Assembly (NCBI GenBank): GCA_963575745.1
Contig: CAUYUJ010000059.1
Coordinates: 124,001-188,000, forward strand
Direction: 5' to 3'
Origin: Prorocentrum cordatum
Lineage: Eukaryota
DNA length: 64,000 bases
Part shown: positions 11,056-22,699 of the stretch, piece by piece
Numbering within the stretch: the stretch's first letter is position 1
Layout: every line of letters begins with the position of its first letter
Made by a program: the position numbers and the translations under genes
Notes under the pieces: model-generated
The model's input: only the letters and a program-made list of their open reading frames with translations
Told to the model about the DNA's origin: nothing
The model's database searches: none

Positions 11056-12499
11056 GTCTTAGGTCCGGCCGTGCACGTAGGATTGGGCAGGAGTAGGAAG
11101 ACCATTGCTGCGAGTAGCTTTCTGGACTCGTCAGGCTTGGCTGAGGCTTGTGGCGCTCGGGGTAGGAGTGGGGGCCTCCGAGCAGTCGGCCGACCCTGAC
11201 GCCATGGTTCCCAAGCCCTTGTCGATCGCCTCTTGGTCAATCGTCATTTTCAAGGAAGGGAGGAGGAGGAGGAGGAGGAGGAGATCTAGGAGGATTAAGG
11301 AGGAGGTCGGGGTTACGAACATTTCTGTTTGTCCCACTCGGTCGTCTGCGAACCGTGACCGCGTCGCACTCCTAATGATCAGTCCCCCCAGAGGATCTTG
11401 GCTTTCTCGATCTACATTTGGTCGACCCTGGTCAACGCTGCCTTTCGTGTCCCAGCCTGTTCTTTATCCATGCCGTTGCCCAGTATGGTCGGACCGAGGC
11501 GTAAGAGCGAGATCGGCTCGGGGAGGGTACCCGAGTGCTCTTCGTGCTTGTGGAATGGTCTTGTGCGTCCTGGGGGAGGGTGCCCTCGAGTGTTCTTCGG
11601 TTCGGCCAGCGGAGGGTCTGGTGTTCTTGGGGGGTGTTCTTCTGTCCTAGGTCCGGCCGTATGCACCACGCTACGAATCATCCCATGCTTGCCCCTTGGA
11701 CATTTGCACTGTGTATTGCAAGTGGCCGAGCCTGAGCGATCGGGGTTGAAGGGGCGTCGGCCTTCGGACTCGATCTCGCCTGCTCTCCTTGCTGGCTGCG
11801 GACTTCGCGTGCAGGGCTCCGTGCAGCCCATCCCGCAGCTTGCGCGTGCCGGCACGCCGTCTTCACCGGAGCGAGACTGTGGGCCTGGGCAGGGATGAGG
11901 CGGCCGAGGCCTCTCGCTTCCCTCCCGTGCTCCTGCAGGGGGGCGTCTGGGGATGCGTGCCCCAGCTCTTGGCGTGGGGCGGCCTGGCTGCGGTGTCGCC
12001 GCTCCGCGCGCCTCTCCGTCCTCCTGCGCTCCGCGGGGGGCGTCTGGAGGTGGGCCGGCGCGCCTGCAGCAGTGTCCGTGCTGCTCGCCATGGAGGAAGG
12101 GGGTCTCGAGGGACCTGGGCCCCAACGTTTTTGATGTGTTCCGGTCCCCCGGGCCCTCCCCGGGCCCCCGGACCGTCAACGAACGCCTCTGGATGCAAAA
12201 AGCTCGTCCCGGGGGAATACCCAGGACCCCCGATTTCCCTCAGGACTCGTTTCTTTCATGGTAAGGTGCTCTCTGCGTTTGGGGGGTGATCTTATTTCTC
12301 GGACGGGGTCAGGACGAGGATGAATCCGTTCCAGAGCGTTCCGGAACGCTCTCAAAGCGTTCCAGAACAATCTGGAAAGGCCGCGGCGCCTGAGACATCC
12401 TCCAGATCCGCCGGATCTCAGAGATTCTCGATTTATCCTCACCCGATGTTATCCTCGCCCTGGTTTCGTCTGAATTACCCCTCCATCCTGGTCAGATTC

Positions 12500-13600
12500 A
12501 TCTATGTAGAGTGCTGGGTCATATGTGAGCGTACTCTGGGGGGCGTCCACGCTGCAAGGCAATGCGTTTGTGCATTGACCCATGCGCACACGCTGGTCGT
12601 TGAATGCCCAGATCCCAATATAATTTAGGTGCCTTCCTACTTCAAGAGTGCATTCAACGCCTTCCTACTTCATGATTCTACCTACTCTTCCGATCGATGG
12701 GCAACTAGATCTGGCAAGTTGGTACGTCGTGGTATATGAACGCTTTCGGGCTTCTCTTGACGCTTGTGCCCCAGATGTATGCGCGCATGTTGCGATCGTC
12801 GTTCTTATATTTTATCAGGTGAGCCAGCTGCACTTCATGTTGGCGCTCTCTGGGCCGTTCGAGTTCTTGTCGAAGACGCTCCATCGCCCGGTGAAGGTTG
12901 CTAGGCCTGAGCCTCTTGATAGCGCTGTTATTGGGAGCAACGTGCGGGATGCGAGCGGCGGCGCGCGATGGAGCAGAGCAAGTAACCCATCTTGTTGCGA
13001 TGTCTGTTCATAGACACTGTGGCTCACTTATTCCTAATCCTCCTTCTCCTTCTCTCCCATCCCTTCCCCCTCGCCGTCCCGACCCCGATTCGGTCAAAAT
13101 GTGTTCCCAGACCTTCCTCCGATTCTCGAGCTGGCGTAGTCCGTCCGTATCTCAGTTGTTGGAAGCATTCGTTTATTGCCGTCCGTTCTGCAGAGGTAGC
13201 AGTGAGCCAGACGCATGTGCCGACGACGTCCCACCGTGCGAGGTCAGCGCTCCTCCTCAGTCTGTTCGCGCGTGACTCATGTTTGAGACTCCGATCCGCA
13301 AGACTTCGGTGGCTCGTTCGACGTTCGTTTGCGGTACCCTCCCGAACAGTGTTTCCGCTGAGTCTGTTAGCCTGGTCGCTCCTGCGCTGGGCCTGTTGTG
13401 GGCGTGCTCGAGGTCGAGTCCGTGGTTGAGGTCCTTGCTGTCTTCCCCTCTTCCCGGGTCGATCCTGAGCTTCTGTAGACAGCCTATTTGCGTTGCGTGA
13501 GCGGCTCTCGGATCGGCCTGTTTGGAGCCGGGTTCCAGTCTGCGCAGATCCGGCTTAGAAGGCGACATATTGGTCATGGAGTGCGTTCCGGTCTGTTGTG
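12500..13600 (-). pseudogene. Possible heavily decayed non-LTR retrotransposon fragment (ORF1 / AP-endonuclease-like)
   Basis: Lower-GC, non-repetitive island; minus-strand stop-ridden peptide KALNALLK*EGT*IILG loosely resembles the APE GDxNA motif region; weak. Confidence 0.2.
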
Positions 13601-13785
13601 GTGTCGACAGTATGGCGGCGATGACCTGGTATCGAGGTATTGACAGAGAGATCGCCAGGCAAGGAGATCGAGCAATACATCGATATCGCTAGATAGATCG
13701 CGAATCCGATCCGATGCCAATCGCAATGCGAAAGTCGCGCCCATCCCCCCCGCAGTCTCCTGATCACCCGCAGGGTGGTCGTATA

Positions 13786-13931
13786 TCGGGGGTGGACAGA
13801 ACCCCCACCCTGACGCGTCGATTAGTGAACTGTCCGTTCTCGGTTCCCGAGAGGGCGCCGCGGCCGTCATTTTCCAGGCCTGCGCCCGCCAGGATTGGCC
13901 GAGGTCGTCTTCACTAAACCACGCTGTACTA
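13786..13931. mobile_element. MITE family B, copy 3, right end truncated
   Basis: TCGGGGGTGGACAGAACCCCCA...TCACTAAACCACG; right TIR missing. Confidence 0.85.
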
Positions 13932-13966
13932 CAGTCAAGACGTTGAAATGAGGAACGGTCTGGGCT

Positions 13967-14192
13967 CGGAAGGGGCCCGATGTTCCTGAGATTCCCCCAG
14001 TGCTGTTCCCCTTGCCCTCCTGGGGCACGGAGGCGCTTACAGGGCCAAGAAGGGGCTTCTTTCCTTATTCAGCGTTCCTTCTTTCAGCGGCCGGACTGTA
14101 TTCATCCCCGACTTCGGAAGGGGCTCGATGTTCCTGAGATTCCTCCAGTGCTGTTCATTTTGCCCTCCTGGGGCACGGAGGCGCTCAGCTGA
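13967..14192. repeat. Direct repeat, ~75-bp core with ~147-bp period
   Basis: TCGGAAGGGGC.CGATGTTCCTGAGATTCC.CCAGTGCTGTTC...TTGCCCTCCTGGGGCACGGAGGCGCT occurs twice. Confidence 0.85.
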
Positions 14193-14649
14193 CCAAGAGA
14201 CTTGCCGAGGCCTCTGAGAGAGCTCAAACAACTCGGCAGCGCCAGGCCCACCCCTCAGCCCTACCCGGGACGGGGTAAGTTAGCTTTTGCAGCGTACGCC
14301 CTCTGAGTGGAGATGCGCGCCGCGAAACCCTAAGGAGAAACGTTTGGAAAATCGTCAACGCCCGCGGGCAACCCTTCCAGAACCGTCAAACAGCTTCTGG
14401 AAACCTCAGAGGGACGCCGATGACCACCAAGAATGTCTGATGATCTCTTTTGAAAACCGCCTGGAGACCTCAGAGAATTGGTGAGGACCTCGAAAATATC
14501 CCAAATCCTCCGAGGACCGCCGAGAGCCTCCGGGAACCGTTGGAGAAAAGAGTCCGCACGCATATTTGGGAACCGCCGAACCCTGGAACATCTCCCCCAG
14601 CTGATGGGAAGCCAACGGGGGCGCACGCGCTGGGGCCAACTGGGGCGCC

Positions 14650-15145
14650 GGCGCTCGTCGTGGTCGTCGCCGACGCCGCTGTCGCCGTCGTCGTCGCCGC
14701 CGCAGTTGTCGCCACCGTCGCCGTGGCCGTGGCCGTCGTCGCCGATGCCGTCGTCGCCGTTGCCGTGGTTGGCGTCCTCGTCGCCGCCGTCGGCGTCGCC
14801 GCGGCCCCTGCCAGGCTGCGGAGGCTGGCGGGGGGCTACGGCTGGCGCGCGCCCGCGTGGCTCCTGGCCGCGCTGCTGTGGGCGTGGTCGTTGCCCGCGG
14901 CGCGGCCGCCGCCGCGACCGCCCACCGCGCCCGCCACCGCAGGGCGGCACTCGTCGTCGTCGTCGCCGTCGTCGCCTCCCTCTCGATGTCCTCCTCCTCC
15001 TCCCCCGCGTCCTTCTCCCCCTCGTCGTCGTCGTCGTCGTCGTGGTCGTCGTCGTCCTCCTCCTCCTCCTCCTCCTCCTCCTCCTCCTCCTCCTCCTCCT
15101 CCTCCTCCTCCTCCTCCTCCTCCTCCTCCTCCTCCTCCTCTATCT
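14650..15145. repeat. Compound (GCC/GTC)n to (CCT)n microsatellite
   Basis: Seen directly. Confidence 0.9.
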
Positions 15146-15592
15146 CCCCCTTCTTCGAATGAGGGGGAGGAAGGGAGGAAGAGAGATGAGGGAGGTGGGG
15201 GAGGAAAGACCTCCCCATCCTCCTGTTCCTCCTTCTTGTCGTTGCTTCCCTTTCCATCCTCTCCCCTCCTGCCTCTTCCCCGCGGCTTCCACCCTGCCCA
15301 CTCCTGCTCTTCACAAGCATCCACTCCCTTCCCCATTCCTCCTCCGTTCCCTCGTATGCTCCGCCCCGTTTCCCCTTTCCCTGGAGTCTGTAGCCCTTTC
15401 GGCTCCAGGTCTGGAGTGTTTCGCTCGGGAGTTGCTCGTGGGGGTCGCGGTCCAATCTGCCATAGTTGTTGTGCGCTCCCCGAGCGCAGGCTTCCACCTC
15501 CTGGCGTACGTAATGCACTGCGGTTTCAGCCCGCACGGCCCCTGCGAGCCCACACTGCAGTCAACCCGCGCAGGAAGGATGGGCAACCTTCC

Positions 15593-15790
15593 CAAGGGTA
15601 CCCCAGATTTCGTAGTAAAAGGGAGGGGGTCTGGACCCTCCAAGACGAGCCGTTTCAGACCTTCTCTTTTGGGGGAACCCTCCAAAACGTCGTCCCCAGA
15701 CCCCCCAGGCCCTCCAAGATAGCCTGGAAGAGACCCCCCCCCCGAAATGAGACCCCCCTCCCTTTTATTACGACATCTGGAGTGCCCTTG
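15593..15790. mobile_element. MITE with ~40-bp TIR, CAAGGG termini (P- or hAT-like), 198 bp
   Basis: CAAGGGTACCCCAGATTTCGTAGTAAAAGGGAGGGGGTCT inverted against AGACCCCCCTCCCTTTTATTACGACATCTGGAGTGCCCTTG; 8-bp flanks AACCTTCC / CACCCTCG match only 5 of 8. Confidence 0.8.
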
Positions 15791-16079
15791 CACCCTCGCC
15801 TCCTCGGCCCATCCATGGCCGCTTTCGTGGGCCGCGCCCCGCTCGAGAAGCTTCGGAGTGGGCGTCCAGGGCCCCTGCTCCCTCACCGCGCAGCCTTCCT
15901 CTGCGGGCGGACCGTACGACGGCGCGGCCCAGCGGCCCTCCAGCGATGGCGACGCGTGCCGGAAACGCTGCGGAGGCGGAGGCGCAGGCGGGCCCCCTTG
16001 CCACAGCCGCCAGCGCCCGCACTGCTGGCCGACCTCGGCTCGCTGATCGCTGGTGACATGGGGCGGGCCCGGCGCGCTG

Positions 16080-16256
16080 CAGTCGGGGCCCTGAAGAAGG
16101 AACCCTTTTCGTTGGGGGGGGGCTCCGCGTTCCTTAAGTGTTTCGCAGTTTGCCTCAGGTTTTCCTTATGTTTCCGACAGGAAATCGAAGTCTAGCTAAT
16201 AGAAAAAAGGGGCCTCGTTCTTTATTTTTGGGTTCCTTAGGTCAAGACCCTCACTG
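16080..16256. mobile_element. Tc1/mariner-pogo-like MITE family A, copy 1
   Basis: CAGTCGGGGCCCTGA...TCAAGACCCTCACTG, flanked TG / TA; collinear with three other copies. Confidence 0.9.
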
Positions 16257-17631
16257 TACAGCCTACAGGCCTCGCACGAAAGCCATAGCCGGCACGCATG
16301 CCACGGTCACGGGTCAACGCCACTCCCCCTCCCCCCAGGATTCGAAGCTGGCAGTGGGTCTGATGAGTTCCAAGTCGACCGCAGTGTTCGCCCGCATGTG
16401 CCGACCTCGATGTTGGGGGGGGCGGGGGAGTGTCCACCAACTGCTTCCCCCTGCCGTGTGCCGCCAGCCCAGGGGCACGGCGCTCGGAGGCTGCTGCGTT
16501 CCTGCCAGCCCGTCGGCTCGCGTCCAGCAGGCCGGGCAGGGCGGCGGCGGGAACCGGGCAGCGGCCGCCGAGAGGTCAAGGAGGCCAAGCCGAAGTTGCG
16601 GTCTCGGCAGCGTGAGCTCCGCCAAAAATGGTTGAGGGCAAATCCCTGGGCACGAGGCTCTATATGATGCAATGCTAGTATTTCCAGCATGCGAAGCCGG
16701 CGAGGCGCATGGACAAGCAGGACGAGGTCGTGGAGGTTTTCGCGAGAAGGTCGCGGAGGCCGAGCGGGCGGTGGCCGTGGCGAGCAAGCTGCGCCGCCAG
16801 CTGGCGGCGGAGGTGCCGCGGCCGCAGCCTGCAGCCACTGCCAAGCCGTCCTTGGCCCGGGTGCCGCCCAGTGCCGCGGACAAGTCCACGATCCAGAAGC
16901 TCGGCGAGCTGCTCTCCTGCTCTGGTGGCTCGCAGGCCTTGGCGCCAGCGGCCCCAGGCTTGGTTGGGGGAGGTTCGCCGCCAGGCCGAGGCTGCCCACC
17001 ATGCGGAGCAGCAGCGGCAGGCTGCCACAGCCCAGCCGCCTGCGGCCCCACCGGTGGCGGCTGACGGCGGCGGCGGGCAGATGGGCCCACGGGCAGCGGA
17101 GCCGGCTGCGCCAGCATTTGCCCGGCACGCCGCCGCAGATGCCTCGGCCCGCCGACGGCCCCGAGGTGCGGCGCGGCTTCCTCGGACGGGTCCACGCCGA
17201 GGCGTCGGGAGGCGGCCAAAAGTTGCACAAGGCGGCCGAGCAGGCAGCAGGTGACTTGCTCTCGCAGCTCGCCGGGAGGCCGCGCGCGTCGCAGCAGGCA
17301 TGGGGTGAGCGCGCGGGCCCGAGTGGCGCTTCCCTTGCACACTGCAGCGATGAATACTGCGACGGTGAAGGGTTCCGCGCGTGGGCCCTGCCTGAGATGT
17401 CGGAGGCGACGTTCCCGTGCTGGCTCTGTCCTACCGCCCTCTTCTGCCAGGAGCGCCATCTGCCGCCGTCAGACCCTCCTTCCCTCGGCAGGCTGTCGCG
17501 GTGCGTGGGCGGCGGGGGCCGACGGAGGTTCAGCTGACGGACGAGGCTGGACAGGTGGAGTTGCGGTGGTCGCGCCGGTCAACGTGCAGGTCAAGTTCCC
17601 TTCTCTGCTGTCCTTTCCCCGAGCCCTCCCA

Positions 17632-17823
17632 TCGACTAACTACACGTAAGAGTGACCTTTCGCCAGAGTGACCTTTGGTGCGGGCACAGTGGGGTCCCCC
17701 GATCACCGATTGCGATGCGACAGTAGCGCCTTGCGCGCCTGAGTTTGGTCCCCCCGCGGGCCCCCCAAAAGCCGCGCACCAAAGGTCACTCTTACCCAGA
17801 GGGTCACTCTTGCGTGCAGCCGA
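17632..17823. mobile_element. MITE family G, copy 1; 5-bp TSD TCCCA / TCCTA
   Basis: TCGACT...CACGTAAGAGTGACC / GGTCACTCTTGCGTGCAGCCGA; two AGAGTGACC subterminal motifs at each end; second copy 30849-31032. Confidence 0.85.
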
Positions 17824-18189
17824 TCCTAACCCTGCCCTCCGCCCCCTCGCCTCCACTCCCCACCTCCCTTCTCTCGCCCCGCTCGCTCGGAGTACGCCCA
17901 TGACGGCAGGCGACCCTCAACAGCTCTCTGCTCATGTGGTCGTTTTTGTTACTCCGTGTTTTGACGATTTGGGCGCGGGCCCTTGCACCTCCTTCCCCCT
18001 CCCCCTCGCCCATGGAGTAGATCTTGGCTGTCGTTGGCGCCTGTTTCAGGCAGGTGGGATCTCCCCCACAAGCCGCACTGTTGCAAACGGTCGCATTAAG
18101 TAAAGGTCCAGAGCAAGACCCCCCCCTTCCCCCCCCCCTTGCGCCCAATGTCGAAACGCGGAATAAGAAAACGTGCACTATAGCATCTA

Positions 18190-18272
18190 AGGCAGCCGGC
18201 GCCGGGAGAAGCAGCTGCGTGAGCTGATTCCCAAACCCCCCCTTTGCTATCCCCCCCTTTCGCCCGACCCGA
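18190..18272. mobile_element. Right end of MITE family F
   Basis: CAGCTGCGTGAGCTGATTCCCAAACCCCCCCTTTGCTATCCCCCCCTTTCGCCCGACCCGA matches 63426-63487. Confidence 0.75.
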
Positions 18273-18298
18273 GACCCGAGACCCGATCCGGCCCGAGA

Positions 18299-18520
18299 CC
18301 CCGCTGGCCATGTCCGACCCGAGACCCGATCCGGCCCGGGAGGTCTCCCGTGGCAGTCACACTGCACGACGCACGCGTGGCATTATGTGGACGCTATCTA
18401 TTTAACAGGTCACGATCGTTACTTTACCCCGCTGGCCATATCCGACCCGAAGCCCGGTCCGGCCCGGGAGGTCTCCCGCGGAGGTCACACTGCGCGGCGC
18501 ACGCGCGGCGTGATGTGCTG
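18299..18520. repeat. Two-copy tandem repeat, ~129-bp period
   Basis: CCCGCTGGCCAT.TCCGACCCGA...TCCGGCCCGGGAGGTCTCCCG.GG..GTCACACTGC occurs twice. Confidence 0.85.
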
Positions 18521-18914
18521 CGACCCACGTGGTCATTCACAGAGCATTTTCGCAGGTGGATTGACCTCCTACCCTGGCTTCCAAGGTGATCGAACTATTA
18601 CCACTAACACCGAGATCTAGGATCATCTTCCCCATGTGGAGGCAACCCCCTGTGCTGGTGTTGGTGCCAATTTCCAGGCCTCCCCAAATGATGGGGGGAG
18701 GGCAGGGTGGTGTGCCGATGCAGTCGAGACGCCGAGGTAAGGAGCAGCTCCGAGGGGGATCGCCGCTGCTCCTGCCCAGAGCCCCGAGGCGCCGTGATTC
18801 TTTCGCAGCGTCGACCCCCAGAGGTCTGGACCCCTTCCCGGGGACCGGTTTTTGATCCGGAGTCGCTTTTCGACAGTCCCGAGGCCAGGGAAGGGCCCCA
18901 TGATGCCGAACATA

Positions 18915-19084
18915 TCGGAGGTGGATTGGCCTCCTACCCTGACACGTCGATTAAGGAATTGGCCGTTTTTGGTTCGCGAGAGGGCGTCACGGCCGTCATC
19001 TTTCGGGTCCAGGTCCGTCGGTTTCGGACACAGGCCGTGTTCACTAAAGGGAGGTTTACTAAAGGGAGGTTTGTCCACCGCCGA
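18915..19084. mobile_element. MITE family B, subfamily B2, copy 4
   Basis: TCGGAGGTGGA...TGTCCACCGCCGA; internal CTGACACGTCGATT...GGTTCGCGAGAGGGCG shared with family B; TSD ambiguous. Confidence 0.85.
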
Positions 19085-19950
19085 CATTTCTTGATTTCAT
19101 CCACTGCATCGTCGAACCCATCAACAAAAACATAAACACCAACGATTGTAACGTCCTGTCAGAGTTTCTGCGCGCGCGCCGAAGCCCAGCAAGGCCACCA
19201 TCGAAGTGCGCGCGTGGAGCCGTCAATCGGCGGCCCTCCGGATAGATTCGGAGAACAATTTGGCGAGATCCTGAACAGTCAGACAAGGGGCGCATCTGAT
19301 TTCCAGGGGGCATAGTTCGACTGTTCGGACGCGATGGGTCAGGATGAGTCAGGTTTTAGCACTGCTTTAAACCCGTGGGTATGGTCGCGCTCCGCCGTTG
19401 CAATGGACAACGCTATGCATTCCACGCTTAAAAATGAGTGATCTCTCCCATGCTCGGTACCGTGCCTGATCCAGCACTGGCATTGTCCCATGCGGTGTCA
19501 TATGTAGAACGGACCCACGTCTTTCACTTCGGTGATCCGCCAGACCCAGCCTGGGCACGACGTTGCGCAACAAATGGTATTAGGTGGAGATGCATTCTTC
19601 GCCGTTGCGGATCCCATGAAATAATGTAATGCGGGCCACATGCGCGCGCTCGCCCACGCAATGCGCACTCATTAAGCAATCCTTTGGTCGGAGAGTTTGA
19701 ATCGAGCCCTTCAGACCCATGTGAAGGAACGTTGTTGGGTGATGACAAGAGAATGTCATTCACATCCTGCCGTGCCATAATTTCTGTGCGCGCGGATGCT
19801 CATAACCGCCATGATCCATGTGCGTGCATGGGTTCATCACTTCGCACGTGGAATTGAGGGATCCAGTTCATGATGCATATTCTGCGGTCGGGCCAGCAGC
19901 CATTGTTATGATGTATTGGAGAGGCCTTGCGGCCAGAACCGCCGACACTG

Positions 19951-19975
19951 AACGACGACGACCACGACCACGACC

Positions 19976-20050
<75 letters not shown>

Positions 20051-20318
20051 ACGACGACGACGATTTTCTGATGGTCCTGGGGCCCCGGGAGTCCCGGGAG
20101 TCCGGGAGGGGTGACCTGGGAGTGGCAATTTGATCCGGGACTCCTTCCAGGACACCCCCCTTGGACACCCCTCCCCCAGGACCCCCCCCCCCGGGACCCC
20201 CCCCAGGACCCCCCCGGGGGGGCGGGGAAGGGATCAAAGAGAAGCGGCTCCTCTTCGATGCAATCTCAGCGTTCGTCATTGCTGTTACAAGGAGATGGGC
20301 TCAGGGAGAAGACGGGGA

Positions 20319-20372
<54 letters not shown>

Positions 20373-20665
20373 CCGACGACGCCGACGCCGACGGCGACGA
20401 CGACGACGACAACGCGTCCTCCGCACGCCGACAGCAGGGCCGGCGGATTTGGCAAGGCTGGGATGTTCGGACGCGATGGGGTTACAGTGGGTAAGTGTTG
20501 TGACCCGGTTGGTCGGTGGATCTGATCGCGTCCCCGAACAAGCCAGACTCGACTACACATGTCTCCTCCTCCTCCTTTTCCTCCTCCTCCCCCTCCTCCT
20601 CCTCCTATTCCTCCTACTTCTCCTCTTCCTCATCCTCCTCCTCCTCCTCCTCCTACTCCTCCTAC
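19951..20665. repeat. (GAC)n tracts at 19951-20063 and 20322-20410; (CCT)n at 20563-20663
   Basis: Seen directly. Confidence 0.95.
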
Positions 20666-21278
20666 CAGAGACCAGGAGCAGAGGCCACGGGCCTCGACCA
20701 CCACGGGCCACGACCAATGACCACCGGGCAGAGACCACAGGGCACGACCGGAGATCACGGGAAATGCCAGACACCGCGGGCAGAGATCACGGGCCACGGA
20801 TTCGAGATCTTGCGAGGCACCTACTAGCCTTAGAAATTATACAAGGCCTTCGTAGATAAGGTGTTCAGGGAAGGAGGAAAGGAGGAGGAGGAGGAGGCGG
20901 GAGGGAAGGAACGGTGGTAGAAAGAGGGAGCAGAAGGCGCACAAGAGGAGGACCAGGACGAGGTGGACGACAAAGAGGACTTGGGACGGCGACGGCGACG
21001 GCGACGACGACAGCGGCCATCACGGCGGCGACGACAACGACGACGGCGACTGCGGCGTTGGCAGCAACGACGACGACGGCAGTGTGGTGGAGGACGATCA
21101 GTGGAGAGGAGGCATGTTGAAAAATGATTTCCAGATGTCTAAAACATGTGTTCAACATGATTAAAACATGTCTAAACAGGTTTAAAACATATTTCGAACA
21201 TGTTTTACATATTGAACGCATTTTCAATTCAATGATAGGACTGTTAGGCTGTCCATTGTCGTGGCATCCACAACGGTA

Positions 21279-21454
21279 CAGTCGGGGCCCTGAAGAAGGA
21301 ACCCTTTTCGTTGGGGAGGGGCTCCGTGTTCCTTGATTGTTTCGCAGCTTGCCTCAGGTTTTCCTTAGGTTTTCGATGGGGAATCGAACTTTCACTGATG
21401 GGAAATAGGGGCCTCGTTCCTTATTTAGGGATCCTTAGGTCAACGCCCCCACTG
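21279..21454. mobile_element. Tc1/mariner-pogo-like MITE family A, copy 2, 176 bp
   Basis: TA|CAGTCGGGGCCCTGA ... TCAACGCCCCCACTG|TA. Confidence 0.93.
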
Positions 21455-21784
21455 TAGTGGCCGCGAGTGCGGCGACGGCAACGGGGGAGGAGGAGGAGGA
21501 GGAGGAGGAGGAGGAGGAGGAGGAGGAGGAGGAGGAGGAGGAGGAGGAGGAGGGAGGAGGAGGGAGGGATGCTGTGGCCACGAGTGCGGCGACGGCAACG
21601 GTAGGGCGGCGACGCTGCTGCCTCCGCGCGTGCGCTGCGGAGAGGCGTGCGCCCTGCTCGAGCTCGGCCCGCCGCCCCCGCGGAGCGCCGGCTCCGCCCC
21701 CGAGGACTCGCTCCGCGAGGAGGCGACGTCCCCGCCGCCGCCGCCGCTGTCGTCGCCACCGTCGCCGCCGCAGTCGTCACTCAC

Positions 21785-21943
21785 CACCTACCAAACCACC
21801 CCAACCCAACCCGAAGGCCTCAATTTGCCCTGCATTTCCAGTCGGGGGGGTCGGGGAACATCGAGAAGACACATATGGAACCCGTACCCCCCCCCAACCC
21901 GAAATTCGGGTCTTCAGGTTGGGTTGGGGTGGTCTGGTAGGTA
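21785..21943. mobile_element. MITE with ~40-bp TIR and 9-bp TSD (Mutator-like), inside a GC-rich microsatellite
   Basis: CACCTACCAAACCACCCCAACCCAACCCGAAG / CTTCAGGTTGGGTTGGGGTGGTCTGGTAGGTA; flanks GTCACTCAC (21776-21784) and GTCAGTCAC (21944-21952). Confidence 0.8.
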
Positions 21944-22699
21944 GTCAGTCACCGGCGTCGTCGCCGCCGTCGCCGCCGCCGTCGTCGCCGCAGTCGTCGC
22001 CGCCGTCGTCACCGCCGTCGCCGCCGCAGTCCTCGCCGCCGTCACCGCCGCCGTGGCCGCCGCCGTCGCTTCCGTCCTCGCCGTCGGCGGCGGCAGCGCG
22101 ACGAGGAGGACACGGGGGGAGGAGGAGGGCGGAGGCAGACGGAGGAGTGAGTAGGGAGGTGGGAAGGGCGGAGCAGGAGGGGAGGAGGGAGGAGGGCGGA
22201 GAGAGGAGGGCGGACTAGGAGGGGGGAGGAAGAGATGGGAAAGGGGTGCAGCGGACGAGGAGGAGGGAAAAGGAAAGGGGGGCTAGGTGCGCTCTCGCCA
22301 CATCTGACTTCCTACTCCTACCCAATCCGCCCCGCTGTGATGAATAATGTTCTATCCGCCGACTGGGGTGTCCCAGAGGACATTGGTCCACAAATCGCAG
22401 TTGCCGAGTTGCCAGTAAGGATTCATCGTTTGTCGCGCAATCGCAAGGCTTTTTTGTAAATTTGTGGGGGCGGACGCGGCGCAGGCGAGCAGGAGGAGGA
22501 AAAGGAGGAGGAGGATGTGGACGAGGAAGGGGGAGGATGACGACGAAGACGACAAAGATGATGTTGACGAAGACGACGAGAATAGCGAGAATAACGGGAG
22601 CAACGAGAACTATGACCACGACGTTGACGTTGACGTTGGCGACGACGACGACGACGACCGCCGCTCCAGCTCTCGCGAAACCCCGCTGGCCGTGTTTTT

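Larger units (their letters stand above)
10500..11075. repeat. Dispersed repeat family D (other copies ~11487-11665 and ~56410-56520) hosting nested MITEs C and B
   Basis: GGGGAGGGTGCCCTCGA.TG.TC...GGCGGAGGG.C...TGTTCTTG...GTC.TAGGTCCG shared among three loci. Confidence 0.7.
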
